Origin: Promethearchaeota archaeon
Lineage (GTDB): Archaea; Asgardarchaeota; Lokiarchaeia; Sigyniarchaeales; SOKP01
Direction: 5' to 3'
DNA: 64,000 nt
Assembly: GCA_019894975.1 (NCBI GenBank)
Contig: JAGXNO010000015.1
Coordinates: 4,645-68,644 of the forward strand
Shown here: positions 19,843 through 30,530 of the stretch, piece by piece
Numbering within the stretch: the first letter of the stretch is position 1
Layout: each line of letters begins with the position of its first letter
Notes under the pieces: model-generated
Told to the model about the DNA's origin: nothing
The model's database searches: none
The model's input: only the letters and a program-made list of their open reading frames with translations
Position numbers and translations under genes: made by a program

Positions 19843-21075
19843 TTAAAAGGTTTGATCTTGGTTGAATTCTTCGGATTCCTCTCCTACTTCAGTATCTTCA
19901 TTGTTCCCACTATCTTTCTCTGTTAATATTATGTCATTCTCATCTTCGATTGGTTGAGATGATATTAATTCATCGATTTCCTTATCTTCTTCCCCATTTA
20001 ATTTTCTTGTCTCTTTAGCATATTTATTGATCTCATAGATTCCAATTACGATTAATAGCAATAGGAAAAATACTAAGACAGCTACGTTTTTAAGAAGATT
20101 AATAAGATCATTATTTAATTTAGATAACTCATTAATTAATGGAAAATCTATATTCGCAAATTTCGTATAAGGGAAGAATCGAATAAACTCATAAGTTACC
20201 TTGGAGAGAATTAACCATATAATTACTGTATCAAGTTTAAATCTTTTGAATCTTTTACCAAGAAGCTCAGCTTGCGATCCCATAAGAGTACTGAGAGAGT
20301 AGAAAATTATAAACAAATCCGGGATAATCATGCCAATATAAGCCCAAACACTACTGATTTCTTGAATATCCTGGAGATTCAATATTCCAAGATAGATCTT
20401 TAATACAAGGAACAGTGTATAAACGGAAACCAAAATTGCAAATGTACCAAACCAACTTGCAAATGATTTCTTAAACATGAAAACAACACATACAACTGCA
20501 AGTCCGATAAGGATTCCTCCAACAAGAATATATACTCCATTTAGATATCCTGGCACATCAGTAGTAGGATCTAGTACGACTGTGATATCGAATATTGTAG
20601 GCCCAATTATAAAGAGATATAAAAACAGAAGAGCTCCAACCAATCCTCCAAAAAAGATAACAACTCTTAGAAAAGATCTTGCTTTAGAAGTCTTAGATAT
20701 TCTCGTATCAACATTTTTGCCTAACAAATAACAACCGTAAAGGATAAACCATGATGAAAAGAAAAAATACGAAATAACTGAAATTGCAAATAGAACTATA
20801 AGAACTACAGAGATCAGCAGCATAAGTGGTAAAGAAATCATTAAAAACAAAAGGATTTTCCACGTTTCGTATTCAAAGATATTCTTTTTTGAAATTAGAG
20901 AGAGTAAGAATAAGAACATAAGAAATACTAAGAAAGGGAGGAATATTATTATACCAACAAAAGAAACGTTTGGATCTGGGAAAGGAATTATTGCTATACC
21001 AACTAATAACCATATTACAATAACTAATAATCTCCAATTTTTGACTAGTTTCTTAAAGTTATCAATAATATCCAT
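19843..21075 (-). CDS. Hypothetical multi-pass membrane protein with acidic tail
   Basis: 410 aa, about 10 TM segments. Confidence 0.75.
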   Translation of the reverse strand: MDIIDNFKKLVKNWRLLVIVIWLLVGIAIIPFPDPNVSFVGIIIFLPFLVFLMFLFLLSLISKKNIFEYETWKILLFLMISLPLMLLISVVLIVLFAISVISYFFFSSWFILYGCYLLGKNVDTRISKTSKARSFLRVVIFFGGLVGALLFLYLFIIGPTIFDITVVLDPTTDVPGYLNGVYILVGGILIGLAVVCVVFMFKKSFASWFGTFAILVSVYTLFLVLKIYLGILNLQDIQEISSVWAYIGMIIPDLFIIFYSLSTLMGSQAELLGKRFKRFKLDTVIIWLILSKVTYEFIRFFPYTKFANIDFPLINELSKLNNDLINLLKNVAVLVFFLLLLIVIGIYEINKYAKETRKLNGEEDKEIDELISSQPIEDENDIILTEKDSGNNEDTEVGEESEEFNQDQTF

Positions 21076-21175
21076 AAAAAATTAGTCAAACTCAATATAT
21101 TTAAACTTTCTTATTCATACAAGCAATTTAAAAACTCTTAGGAACTATTAGAATGAGTCTAATTTAGGAATATTT

Positions 21176-21979
21176 CTATTTTACATATTCTGATAAGCTT
21201 TTTTGAGAGTTATAACTGTGAAAATTTATCCCAAATTTCTTTCTTAGATTATTTACACTTTCAGGAGCGGAACCTTGAAAATGGTTATTTACGATAATAA
21301 AAATTTCATATATTTCTGGTATCTCTCTTAAATTTTGAACGTTTTTATAAAGGTCTATTAGAGCATTCTTTTGGGTTCTTTGAATTCGGTTAAAAACCGT
21401 CAGTTCTCTATCTCCAATTAACCTAATATAATAAATTTTTTGATTTTCCATGTAATAGGGTATAATTCCCGGCATATACGTAGTACCAAGTATTATTTGA
21501 TTACCATTGATAAATTGGGTTAGGATTTCAGAATTGAACCATGAATTGTCTCTTAATTCAACTATATATTTATACTCTGAGGGGAGTTCATTAAATAATG
21601 ATTTTAATTTACTAAAATGACTCTCTGAATACTTAAACCAAGGGGGGAATTGAAGTAGGAAAGCTTTAATTTTTCCCTTTAATGGTTCCATTGCAGAGAA
21701 AAACCTTACTAAATTTAAATCAAGTTCAGGATCATTAAGGTTATGAGTAATCTTTTGCCACACTTTAACAATAAAACGAAATTTCTCTGGTACACGTAAT
21801 TTCCAATTTTTAACCATATTCAAGGAGGGTACATTATAAAAAGTTGAATTTATCTCAACAATATCAAAGTATTTTGAGAAATATTCCAAATGTCGGGTTC
21901 TTTCTAATTGTTTCGGATAAAAAGATCCAACCCAATCTTTATAATCCCATCCTGCAGTTCCAATATCAATTTTAGGCAT
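21176..21979 (-). CDS. DUF72 family protein
   Basis: IGTAGWDYKDWVG.FYP, VEINSTFY, LLQFPP, VELR, YIRLIG, VNNH. Confidence 0.9.
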   Translation of the reverse strand: MPKIDIGTAGWDYKDWVGSFYPKQLERTRHLEYFSKYFDIVEINSTFYNVPSLNMVKNWKLRVPEKFRFIVKVWQKITHNLNDPELDLNLVRFFSAMEPLKGKIKAFLLQFPPWFKYSESHFSKLKSLFNELPSEYKYIVELRDNSWFNSEILTQFINGNQIILGTTYMPGIIPYYMENQKIYYIRLIGDRELTVFNRIQRTQKNALIDLYKNVQNLREIPEIYEIFIIVNNHFQGSAPESVNNLRKKFGINFHSYNSQKSLSEYVK

Positions 21980-22151
21980 GAAAAGTACATTTTTCTTGAT
22001 TCAAATCTTATATGATCAATGATTTTTTACTATTATAACTATTTTTTTATGAAAAATTAATTTAATTTTAAAGATTTAATAAAGAAGTTAATTATATTAA
22101 ATATGAAGAAAGGATTATTATACATCTTAAAAATAAAATCAGTGAATTATT

Positions 22152-22880
22152 ATGGGTATAGATTGGGCAAAAATAGAGGAAAGTCCCAAAAAGAAGCTTT
22201 CTGTAGAGGGAAACACTTTATTAGATTTTAAAGCGAAAATTGGGGATTTAGAAAAGAGAATCAACCAGTTGGTTAAAGAATTAGAAGATCAATCAGGAGA
22301 GTTAGATACAATAAAAAAAAAATTAGTAGGTCGGGAAAAAAGTTTGATTCAGCTTACTGAAAAGAGATCAACAGCTAGAAAAACTCTTGATAAAATTAAA
22401 GAAGAGAAACTCCATGCAGATATTAAGATAACGCAATTAACCGCAGCAAAATCCGAATTAGAAAAACAACGTGATGAAAATGCTAAGAAAATTACAACAT
22501 TGGAAAGCCAATTGAAGTTTAAAGCGAAAAATTCAGAGGAATTTGGAGAAAAAATAGTAATTAAAGAAAGAGAACTCCAAACTAAAGAAGAAGAGATGCT
22601 AAATAAAACTAAAAATATATTAGAAAAAGAAAAGGAAATTCAAAATATTAATTCTCTTTTAGACCAGCGAAATAAGGAAATAGATTTTCTTAAAAAGAAT
22701 TTAGAAGTTGAGAAAGGAAAAACGTCTTATCAAATTAAAAGAGTTGAATCTATTGAGGCACAAATAGCGAAATCAGAAAGTATCTTATCTATTATTAAGA
22801 AAATAAAAGATTTAATCGATGTTAAAGGCTTTCTTAGTGATAAAGAACTTGAACCCTTATTAAAGGAAATAATGGATTAA
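22152..22880 (+). CDS. Coiled-coil protein, paralog 1
   Basis: Long heptad E/K-rich region; IDWAK head and KGFLSDKE tail shared with the next gene. Confidence 0.85.
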   Translation: MGIDWAKIEESPKKKLSVEGNTLLDFKAKIGDLEKRINQLVKELEDQSGELDTIKKKLVGREKSLIQLTEKRSTARKTLDKIKEEKLHADIKITQLTAAKSELEKQRDENAKKITTLESQLKFKAKNSEEFGEKIVIKERELQTKEEEMLNKTKNILEKEKEIQNINSLLDQRNKEIDFLKKNLEVEKGKTSYQIKRVESIEAQIAKSESILSIIKKIKDLIDVKGFLSDKELEPLLKEIMD

Positions 22881-23024
22881 ATTTTTAATCTCAATTAAGT
22901 TGTAATAATACTTGGGTTTAAAAAATTTTAATATAAAATTTATATGTAATAGATTTTAAGACATTAAATATACTGTTATATAATAAAAATATCAAAAAGT
23001 AAAACTTATCAAATAATCAAAAAG

Positions 23025-23768
23025 GTGACAAAAATGTCAATAGACTGGGCCAAAGCCGAAGAACGCCCTGAGAAAAAGCTCGCTATTGAAGGAAGGTTCT
23101 TGTTAGATCTCAGATCCAAGGTCAACAATTTAGAAAAACAATTAGCTCAAACATCTAAGAACTTAGAGAAGACTTCAGATGAGCTTAAATCAATTAAAGA
23201 AAAATTCTCTGAAGCCTCGAATAAAGTAGAGGAACAGTCAAAGAGTCTCTTAGAAACCCAAAAAAATTTCGAAAGAGCAAGAGAAGGAAAACTTTATGCA
23301 GATGCTGAAATTACCAAATTTAAAACTTCAAAAGCAGAGCTAGAAAAAGATCTCTCAGAAGCTAAATCTATAATCGTAGAATTAGAAAATAATGTTAAAG
23401 AAACCTCTTTAAAAGCAGAAACCATAGAAAAGGAAAAATCTAATGTGCTGGAAAACTATGAACGCGAAAAGATGAGTATTAAGGATGAAATGCAACAAAA
23501 AGAAAATGAAATTGAGGATCTTAAAAAAGAATTACAAACAACAAATTCAGATAAATACGTAGAAATTGAATCCCTTAAGGATGACCGTGATGCCAAAGCG
23601 AATGAAGTAAACGCTCTTAAACTAAAAATTGAAGCTCTCGGTGAGACGATATCTGAAGCAAAAGGGGCACCCCAACTTATGGAGGAAATTAAAGGAATAA
23701 TGGCTCATAAGGGTTTCCTTTCAGATAAGGAGTACGATGATTTAATCGAGAAATTAGAAAACACTTAA
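23025..23768 (+). CDS. Coiled-coil protein, paralog 2 (likely start ATG 23034)
   Basis: Same head and tail motifs, colinear with paralog 1. Confidence 0.85.
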   Translation: MTKMSIDWAKAEERPEKKLAIEGRFLLDLRSKVNNLEKQLAQTSKNLEKTSDELKSIKEKFSEASNKVEEQSKSLLETQKNFERAREGKLYADAEITKFKTSKAELEKDLSEAKSIIVELENNVKETSLKAETIEKEKSNVLENYEREKMSIKDEMQQKENEIEDLKKELQTTNSDKYVEIESLKDDRDAKANEVNALKLKIEALGETISEAKGAPQLMEEIKGIMAHKGFLSDKEYDDLIEKLENT

Positions 23769-23791
23769 TAAATTCTCTTTATTGTATTAGA

Positions 23792-24886
23792 ATGGTTAAC
23801 TTAATTTGGAAGAAAAAAGTAGACATATCAGTAAATTTAGAAACCTTAAAAAAAAAATATTCTAATTTTTTTGAATCTTTCATTGTGGATTCATATTTAG
23901 AGGACTTTGATATTCCTGTTAATTCTTTTTCTAAAGAGTGGAAAAACAAATTATTCTGGGGGGAAAATAAAGAAGTTATATCTTATCTCTTAAATAATTT
24001 CGAAGACAAAATTGATTTAATTTACATTGATCCCCCTTTCTTTTCAGGTATTAATTATGAAATCGAGGTTACAAAAGATGACAAGATTTTTGATTCAATT
24101 GCATATTATGACCATTGGGAGAAAGATTTAGATTCATACCTACAAATGATTTATGAGAGTATAGTATTATTTAAAAAATTATTATCAAAAACTGGATTAG
24201 TATTTATTCATTTGGATTGGCATGCGAGTCACTACATTAGATTGATATTAGATGAGGTTTTCGGTGACACTAATTTTGTAAATGATATTGTATGGTATTA
24301 TTATAATAAATACTCATCTGGAAAGAAAAATTTACCTCGTGCTCATGATAATATTTTGGTATATTCTAAGTCAAATAAATACACTTTAAATGAAATTCGA
24401 TTACCCCGTAAAAAGCCAAGAAAACAATTGATGCGAGTTAATGTTAATGGTGTGTTAAAAAATTTAAAAGATAAAGATGGACATGTAAAATATCGGGTTG
24501 TAAATGATAAAAAGTTAGACGATGTTTGGAGAATTCCATGTTTACAACCTGCCTCAAAGGAGTGGACTGGTTTTCCAACACAAAAACATCATGAATTACT
24601 TGAGAGAATTATTAGATTGGGATCTAAAGAAGGAGATTTAATTGCTGATTTTTTTTGTGGTTCTGGAACCTCTTTATTAATGGCTGAAAAATTAAAAAGA
24701 AAATGGATAGGATGCGATATCTCAGAGTACTCGATATACCTAACTAGAAATAGGATTTTAAACTACCAGAGTGAATCTCAAACATATTACCCTTTAGAAA
24801 TTTTAACTCATCTAAATACTGAAAAAAGAGAGATAATTGCTACAGGTTTTTTCGAAAAGCAAATATCCATAAAGAGAAAAAAATAA
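23792..24886 (+). CDS. Site-specific DNA methyltransferase (N6-A/N4-C, beta class)
   Basis: LIYIDPPF precedes FPTQK and ADFFCGSGT. Confidence 0.9.
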   Translation: MVNLIWKKKVDISVNLETLKKKYSNFFESFIVDSYLEDFDIPVNSFSKEWKNKLFWGENKEVISYLLNNFEDKIDLIYIDPPFFSGINYEIEVTKDDKIFDSIAYYDHWEKDLDSYLQMIYESIVLFKKLLSKTGLVFIHLDWHASHYIRLILDEVFGDTNFVNDIVWYYYNKYSSGKKNLPRAHDNILVYSKSNKYTLNEIRLPRKKPRKQLMRVNVNGVLKNLKDKDGHVKYRVVNDKKLDDVWRIPCLQPASKEWTGFPTQKHHELLERIIRLGSKEGDLIADFFCGSGTSLLMAEKLKRKWIGCDISEYSIYLTRNRILNYQSESQTYYPLEILTHLNTEKREIIATGFFEKQISIKRKK

Positions 24887-24892
24887 AGGGCG

Positions 24893-26329
24893 TTAATCTA
24901 TTACTTTATGAACTTCTAAATTATAGCCTAAATATTTTGTAAGAGCTTCATAAACAATATCTCCAACATGTTTTAGTGTTGCAGCAACATGATGAGCGAA
25001 ACCTCCTAAACATAAAGATTTTAGAAGATCCTGTAAATTGGGAATTTCAACCACACCATATCCCCCAAATGTATTTAAAGGATCCTCAGTATAGTTCCCT
25101 TCTGCTAAAATTGCTTTTATTTCCCCGAATAAATCGTCTGTTTCAATCCGGAGTAATGTGCAAGGTTTAGTTTTAATTCGTCCTTGAATTGCTCCGAAGG
25201 TCGTGTCTTCTCCCTTTAAATCTGAAATTATAGGGTGTATTGTCATTTTGGTATCTTGAAAGAATGATTTAGGAAGGTTGCTACAATGAAAAAGTACCAT
25301 TTTGTTCGGGTCATCCCCATAGTTGTTGTTCCAATCAAGAATGGCGGAAGGTGTTTCTGAGGCAATCTGTAGTATTAACATCCCAATTAACCCTGAGATG
25401 TCTACTTCACATGCAGCAGGTACCAACCCTTCACTAAACATGCTCATCACAGCACAGGGAACTATACCGAAATTATCTTGAATTGAAGGCCAACATTGGA
25501 AGGCAAAACCATCTAATTCGTTTTCAACGACCCAATTCTCAACGACAAATGCTAATTTCGCTAATTTTAAAATCCCCTCTTTAGGAAATGTTGTAGTAGA
25601 CGTGTAATTTCTAATAAATTCAATTTTTTCTTGAACTTTTGGATCATCATCTTTTAATTGATTGATTAAACCAAAAATCTCGGATAAATCAATTGGTTCT
25701 ATACTTATACCGTTAAATTCTAAGATTTTTTCACTGTATCTTACCGTTTCAAAAGCATTTGGGCGTGTCCCAATTTGACCTAGTCTAACATTTTGAAGTT
25801 TATTTACAATTCTACATATTTTTTCGAATCTCCTAACATCTGTTTTGAATACATCTGATTTTATGGGACAAGTATGATATTTTGTGAGAGTAAATGGGAT
25901 TCCATGCTGGTATAACACACTGGTAACGGATATTTTACCACAAAATGCATCTCTTCGATTTTTTCGATCCATTTTATCAATTTCGTCAGAAGAAGCATGA
26001 ATTAAGACAGGAACATTGAGATTTGCTAACTTTAGAGTATTAGCAATACCTTTTTCATCACCAAAGTTAGGGAGGATAACAACCACTCCGTTTATTATTT
26101 CTTTATTAGACTTAAATAATAAAGCACATTTTTTAGCTTCTTCGAAGGTTTCTACACAACCAAATTTAGTTTCTTCCTCGCTTAAAATAACATAATTATA
26201 GCCTAGCTCCTTCATGACTTCAATAATTTCATGCCTTCCTTCTTTTGCTAGATTATCAGGGAATACATCACGGTTTCCTACGATGATTCCAAATGTAATT
26301 TTTTCAGAAGCTTTAGATATTAACACCAT
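24893..26329 (-). CDS. L-fucose/L-arabinose isomerase-like protein
   Basis: NFGDE, RRDAFCGKIS, QCWP, ACEVD, FHCSN, AHHVA. Confidence 0.85.
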   Translation of the reverse strand: MVLISKASEKITFGIIVGNRDVFPDNLAKEGRHEIIEVMKELGYNYVILSEEETKFGCVETFEEAKKCALLFKSNKEIINGVVVILPNFGDEKGIANTLKLANLNVPVLIHASSDEIDKMDRKNRRDAFCGKISVTSVLYQHGIPFTLTKYHTCPIKSDVFKTDVRRFEKICRIVNKLQNVRLGQIGTRPNAFETVRYSEKILEFNGISIEPIDLSEIFGLINQLKDDDPKVQEKIEFIRNYTSTTTFPKEGILKLAKLAFVVENWVVENELDGFAFQCWPSIQDNFGIVPCAVMSMFSEGLVPAACEVDISGLIGMLILQIASETPSAILDWNNNYGDDPNKMVLFHCSNLPKSFFQDTKMTIHPIISDLKGEDTTFGAIQGRIKTKPCTLLRIETDDLFGEIKAILAEGNYTEDPLNTFGGYGVVEIPNLQDLLKSLCLGGFAHHVAATLKHVGDIVYEALTKYLGYNLEVHKVID

Positions 26330-26415
26330 TGTTTATCTCTCATTATATTTATAAAATTTAATTAAGTAATTTAATTAAAGAATTTAAAACTAAATTAAAA
26401 TTTGCTAAGTATTCA

Positions 26416-27678
26416 ATGAATATTATACCTAGATTTAAGACTCGAGTTAAACATCTTTGGGAGCAAAAAGTATTTCGATTGGCTGTGATTCTTCACGTCT
26501 TCTACTTCTTTCTTTCGATCATCTTATTCTTTTTAATTTACAAGGAGAAAAATGACTTTATAATCTTCTATAATGTTGGAGATATTTTCCTTAACGATAT
26601 TGAAAATCTATATAACCAAGCATATTATTTATGGGATTTCAGATACTTTCCTTTATCAGCACTATTTTTTATTCCGTTTTCAGTCCTGAGCTTTGAAGTA
26701 GCATTTGTAGTTTTTAATATTTTTAATATTCTGCTTAATGTTCTGATATCAATAATTCTCTTTAAAATTATAAAGCTAGTAAAACATAGGGATCATGAAG
26801 AAGACGATAAAAGAGTTATATTATACGTGTCTATCTATTTAATGGGCTTACCCCATGTATTAAACTATATTTATGGACAAATTAATTTATTTATTACCCT
26901 ATTTATTTTGGTATCTCTTTATATATTTATAAAATATGAAGAGCTTAAATGGCAATTAATAGGAAGTATAATCTTAGGAATAAGTATCATAATTAAACCT
27001 ACAGCTTTTTTCCTAATTCCTTTTTTGATTATCTTAAGATTTGACTGGGAACAAAAGAAGTTTAAACTTAACTTTATTACAAGTCTAGTAAGATTAATGG
27101 GAGTAATTTTACCTTTGTTACTAAATTTTATTCTTTTTTTAATCTATCCCTTGTTATGGGAAGGATTTTTAGAGACTAACTTTACGGGAAGCAATCCAGT
27201 TGCTCTAAATTTTTCTTTTAGCATTACTAAACTAATAACAAATTTCTGTTATTTCTATAATATTCCTTTTAATCAACTTTATATATTAATTGGAGTAATT
27301 TGTGTTGTAGGAGGATTAGGTATCATCAGTTATTTGATCAGAAGATCTGCAGAAAATGCAATAATATACGGTTTTGCATTTGGAATCATTATTATGCTAC
27401 TTGTGTACTATGATTCCTGGGATCACCATCTTTTAAATTTAACTCCTATCCTAATTATTATAATATTTAATCTTCCAAGACAATCTGAAATTACAAATTC
27501 TATTAAACCTAGCTTAATTTTCTTTAGTTTTTTTGACTTAGCATTTGTAGGAATTTGGTATCTTATATACCCATTATTCCCCTTCAATTTTGAAGCAACA
27601 TTCTTCTTGTTACTCACGTTTTATGCTATCCTTAAATATTGCTTAAAAAATAAAAAGGTTTCATTAAAGGAGGAGTAA
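26416..27678 (+). CDS. GT87 (DUF2029) family membrane glycosyltransferase, paralog 1
   Basis: NDF..FY, FRYFPLSALFFIPF, GQINL, IIIKP, SWDHH. Confidence 0.8.
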   Translation: MNIIPRFKTRVKHLWEQKVFRLAVILHVFYFFLSIILFFLIYKEKNDFIIFYNVGDIFLNDIENLYNQAYYLWDFRYFPLSALFFIPFSVLSFEVAFVVFNIFNILLNVLISIILFKIIKLVKHRDHEEDDKRVILYVSIYLMGLPHVLNYIYGQINLFITLFILVSLYIFIKYEELKWQLIGSIILGISIIIKPTAFFLIPFLIILRFDWEQKKFKLNFITSLVRLMGVILPLLLNFILFLIYPLLWEGFLETNFTGSNPVALNFSFSITKLITNFCYFYNIPFNQLYILIGVICVVGGLGIISYLIRRSAENAIIYGFAFGIIIMLLVYYDSWDHHLLNLTPILIIIIFNLPRQSEITNSIKPSLIFFSFFDLAFVGIWYLIYPLFPFNFEATFFLLLTFYAILKYCLKNKKVSLKEE

Positions 27679-27682
27679 AAGC

Positions 27683-28429
27683 TTGAATCGAAAATTATGG
27701 TTTCTTAGCATTATAATTATCTTTTTCTTGTCTCCTGGAATGATTTTAAACGTTGGTGCGATAAAGTACAACACAGGAGTTAAAGAAAACGATGATTTGA
27801 TATGGAAATGTAGGGTGTGCGATGATGCTGAAATGAATTTTATTTTTGGAATTGGTTGGGATAATTCAGGGATATTTCAAAATTTAAGTAAGGGGAAAAT
27901 GATGAAATGGGAAATAGACTCAGTTCAGGTTAATGATACTGTTATTAAAATTGAATTTGGTGTGTGGTTTTGGAGACAAAATAGAAATTGGGGGATTAAA
28001 GATAATGATTCTGAAATTTTATATCATACCAATCCAAGTGATTATACTGAAGAACTAAATTTCTCATCAGAAAAATCATTTACACCATTCTGGTTTCCTG
28101 TTCCTGTAGGAGAATATATAGGAGGTTTGAATTTAACTGGTTGGTATGATGTTGATAATAGAGTTTTACCTACGTTAAATGTTGACATTCCTAAGGATAC
28201 TGTTTTATCTGGATATCCTAATAGAAGTATACAGGTTATAGCTATTTATAACGAACTAGGGATTTTAAGCTCCTACAAGTTATATACTAAAGGAAATGTA
28301 GTTATCATTGATATTGCTCTTGATTTTTTGCCTATTTATGTGATACCCTCGTTAGTAGTCTTATTTACGATTCTATCTCTTGGGGTAATTATTTATATAA
28401 TTAAAAAATATAAATCCACTAGACTATAA
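27683..28429 (+). CDS. Secreted protein with signal peptide and C-terminal membrane anchor
   Basis: N-terminal hydrophobic stretch; C-terminal TM followed by KKYK; six N-x-S/T sequons. Confidence 0.75.
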   Translation: MNRKLWFLSIIIIFFLSPGMILNVGAIKYNTGVKENDDLIWKCRVCDDAEMNFIFGIGWDNSGIFQNLSKGKMMKWEIDSVQVNDTVIKIEFGVWFWRQNRNWGIKDNDSEILYHTNPSDYTEELNFSSEKSFTPFWFPVPVGEYIGGLNLTGWYDVDNRVLPTLNVDIPKDTVLSGYPNRSIQVIAIYNELGILSSYKLYTKGNVVIIDIALDFLPIYVIPSLVVLFTILSLGVIIYIIKKYKSTRL

Positions 28430-28443
28430 TAACAGCTTTTAAT

Positions 28444-29712
28444 ATGAAGGTTCAAAATTTTTTATCTCAAGTAAAAGAAAGGAGTAAAGAACTCTGGAAA
28501 TATAAAATAGTTAAATATGCAGTCATCATTCATGGGGTATATTTCATATTATCACTAATTTTAACACTCATTTTTTTACGAAATAATAATGACTTTAAAG
28601 TTTATTATGATGTAGGGGGAGTGGCGTTAAATAATCTAGAGGATCTTTATACTGCACCTTATAAATGGCCTTTTAGGTATTTGCCAATAGCTTCATTATT
28701 ATTTATTCCATTTCATTTAATGGGATTTGATTTAGGTTTTATTGTATTCAATGTTCTTAATTTATTTCTCAATATCTTGATATGTGTTATTCTTTACAAG
28801 ATTATAATTTTAATTAGGGCAGACAGTCATGAAAAAGATGAAAAAAGAGTGATAGTCTATATTTGTATATATATGATGAGTTTACCAAATTTATTTAACT
28901 ATGTTTTGGGTCAAATTAATTTGTATGTCACACTATTAATTCTATTGTCCTTATATATTTATTTGCAATGCAAAGGAATGAAATGGGAATTTCTAGCAAG
29001 TGTTCTTCTTGGAATAAGCATAATTATTAAGCCAATCACTGTTTTCATGATTCCTTTTATCCTCATCATTCATTTTGATTTAATTAATAAAAAGCTCAAA
29101 TTTGATATCTCTCGTAGTTTCATAAGATTAGTTGGTATATTTCTACCAATCTCTCTAAATTTCTTAATGTTTCTAATGGTACCGAATTTATTAGATGGAT
29201 TTATCTCAGCTAACTTCACAAGCGCAGAGCCTTCCCAAATAAATCACTCCTTTAGCATAACAAAACTCATTATCAACTTCTTTTACTTCATTGGATTTAC
29301 TGAAGAGGGAGTACTTGCACTTCAAATGCCTGTTTTCTTCATTATAGCCATTATATTAAGTTGTATAGGTTTCATTTCATTTGTTGTGAGAAGAATTCCT
29401 AATCATTCTTTGCTATATGGCTACTGTTTTGGGATTGTTATAATGTTTCTTTGTTATTTTGATTCATGGGATCATCATTTACTAAATTTAATACCTTTAT
29501 TGATAATGATTTTATTCAATTTACCAAGAGAGTCTAGTTTGACTAGAAAATATATCAAACCAAGCATAATTTTTTTGAGCTTTTTTGATCTTGTCTTTAT
29601 GGGGCTCTTTTTTGTAACAGGAAGCTTTTTCCCCTTCAATTTTGCCAGTACAATATTCCTGATATTAATCTTCTATGTATTAGTAAAAAACAGTATTACA
29701 AAAAGAAATTAA
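28444..29712 (+). CDS. GT87 (DUF2029) family membrane glycosyltransferase, paralog 2
   Basis: NDFKVYY, FRYLP, GQINL, IIIKP, SWDHH. Confidence 0.8.
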   Translation: MKVQNFLSQVKERSKELWKYKIVKYAVIIHGVYFILSLILTLIFLRNNNDFKVYYDVGGVALNNLEDLYTAPYKWPFRYLPIASLLFIPFHLMGFDLGFIVFNVLNLFLNILICVILYKIIILIRADSHEKDEKRVIVYICIYMMSLPNLFNYVLGQINLYVTLLILLSLYIYLQCKGMKWEFLASVLLGISIIIKPITVFMIPFILIIHFDLINKKLKFDISRSFIRLVGIFLPISLNFLMFLMVPNLLDGFISANFTSAEPSQINHSFSITKLIINFFYFIGFTEEGVLALQMPVFFIIAIILSCIGFISFVVRRIPNHSLLYGYCFGIVIMFLCYFDSWDHHLLNLIPLLIMILFNLPRESSLTRKYIKPSIIFLSFFDLVFMGLFFVTGSFFPFNFASTIFLILIFYVLVKNSITKRN

Positions 29713-29728
29713 TGAGATCAGAATAGAT

Positions 29729-30457
29729 ATGGAAATCATCCCTGCAATCGATGTGAGTAATGGAAAATGCGTGAGATTATTTCAAGGAGTAAAAGGATCA
29801 GAAAAAATATATTATGACAATCCTCTTGAAGCTATCGATTTTTGGATTAATGTAGGAGCAAAACGAATCCATTTCATAGATTTAGACGGTGCTTGGGGAA
29901 CTGATACAAATAAAGCTTTATTTAGAGCTTTGATTAAGAAGGCTTCTACTAAACTAAAGATTCAAGTTGGAGGAGGAATAAGGGATATTGAATCAGCACA
30001 AGAACTAATCAATATTGGTGTAGATCGTATTATTTTAGGAACTGTTGCACTCAAAGAACCGAATGTGGTTCAAGCATTAGTTAATATGATTGGCGCTGAT
30101 AAAGTAATTATAGCAATTGATTATCAAGATGAAAAAATTGCTACTCATGGATGGACTAAAATTTCCAAGAAAGATCCGTTCTCATTTGGGAAAGAAATGG
30201 AGAAATTAGGCGTAAGATTAATTTTATTCTCTTCAATTGACGCAGATGGGACTTTAGCTGGACCTGATTTTCAAAATATCAAGAAAATGATGGAAACTCT
30301 CAAGAAGGCAACACTATATGTTGCTGGGGGTGTCCGGGATCAAGAAGATCTTGATATGTTGAAGCAAATGGGTGTAAAAGGAGTCATAATTGGAAAAGCC
30401 TTTTATGAGCAAAAATTGTCATATTCAATAATCAAAAATTCTAAATATAATGATTAA
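29729..30457 (+). CDS. hisA: ProFAR isomerase
   Basis: IIPAIDV..GKCVRL.QG, HFIDLDGA, QVGGGIR, DGTLAGPD, AGGVR. Confidence 0.95.
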   Translation: MEIIPAIDVSNGKCVRLFQGVKGSEKIYYDNPLEAIDFWINVGAKRIHFIDLDGAWGTDTNKALFRALIKKASTKLKIQVGGGIRDIESAQELINIGVDRIILGTVALKEPNVVQALVNMIGADKVIIAIDYQDEKIATHGWTKISKKDPFSFGKEMEKLGVRLILFSSIDADGTLAGPDFQNIKKMMETLKKATLYVAGGVRDQEDLDMLKQMGVKGVIIGKAFYEQKLSYSIIKNSKYND

Positions 30458-30530
30458 AATATATTTAAAGGAGACCCACGAATTAGAATATAAAAATTAA
30501 AGAATTCCAAATTAAAGCAATTTTTCAAAA

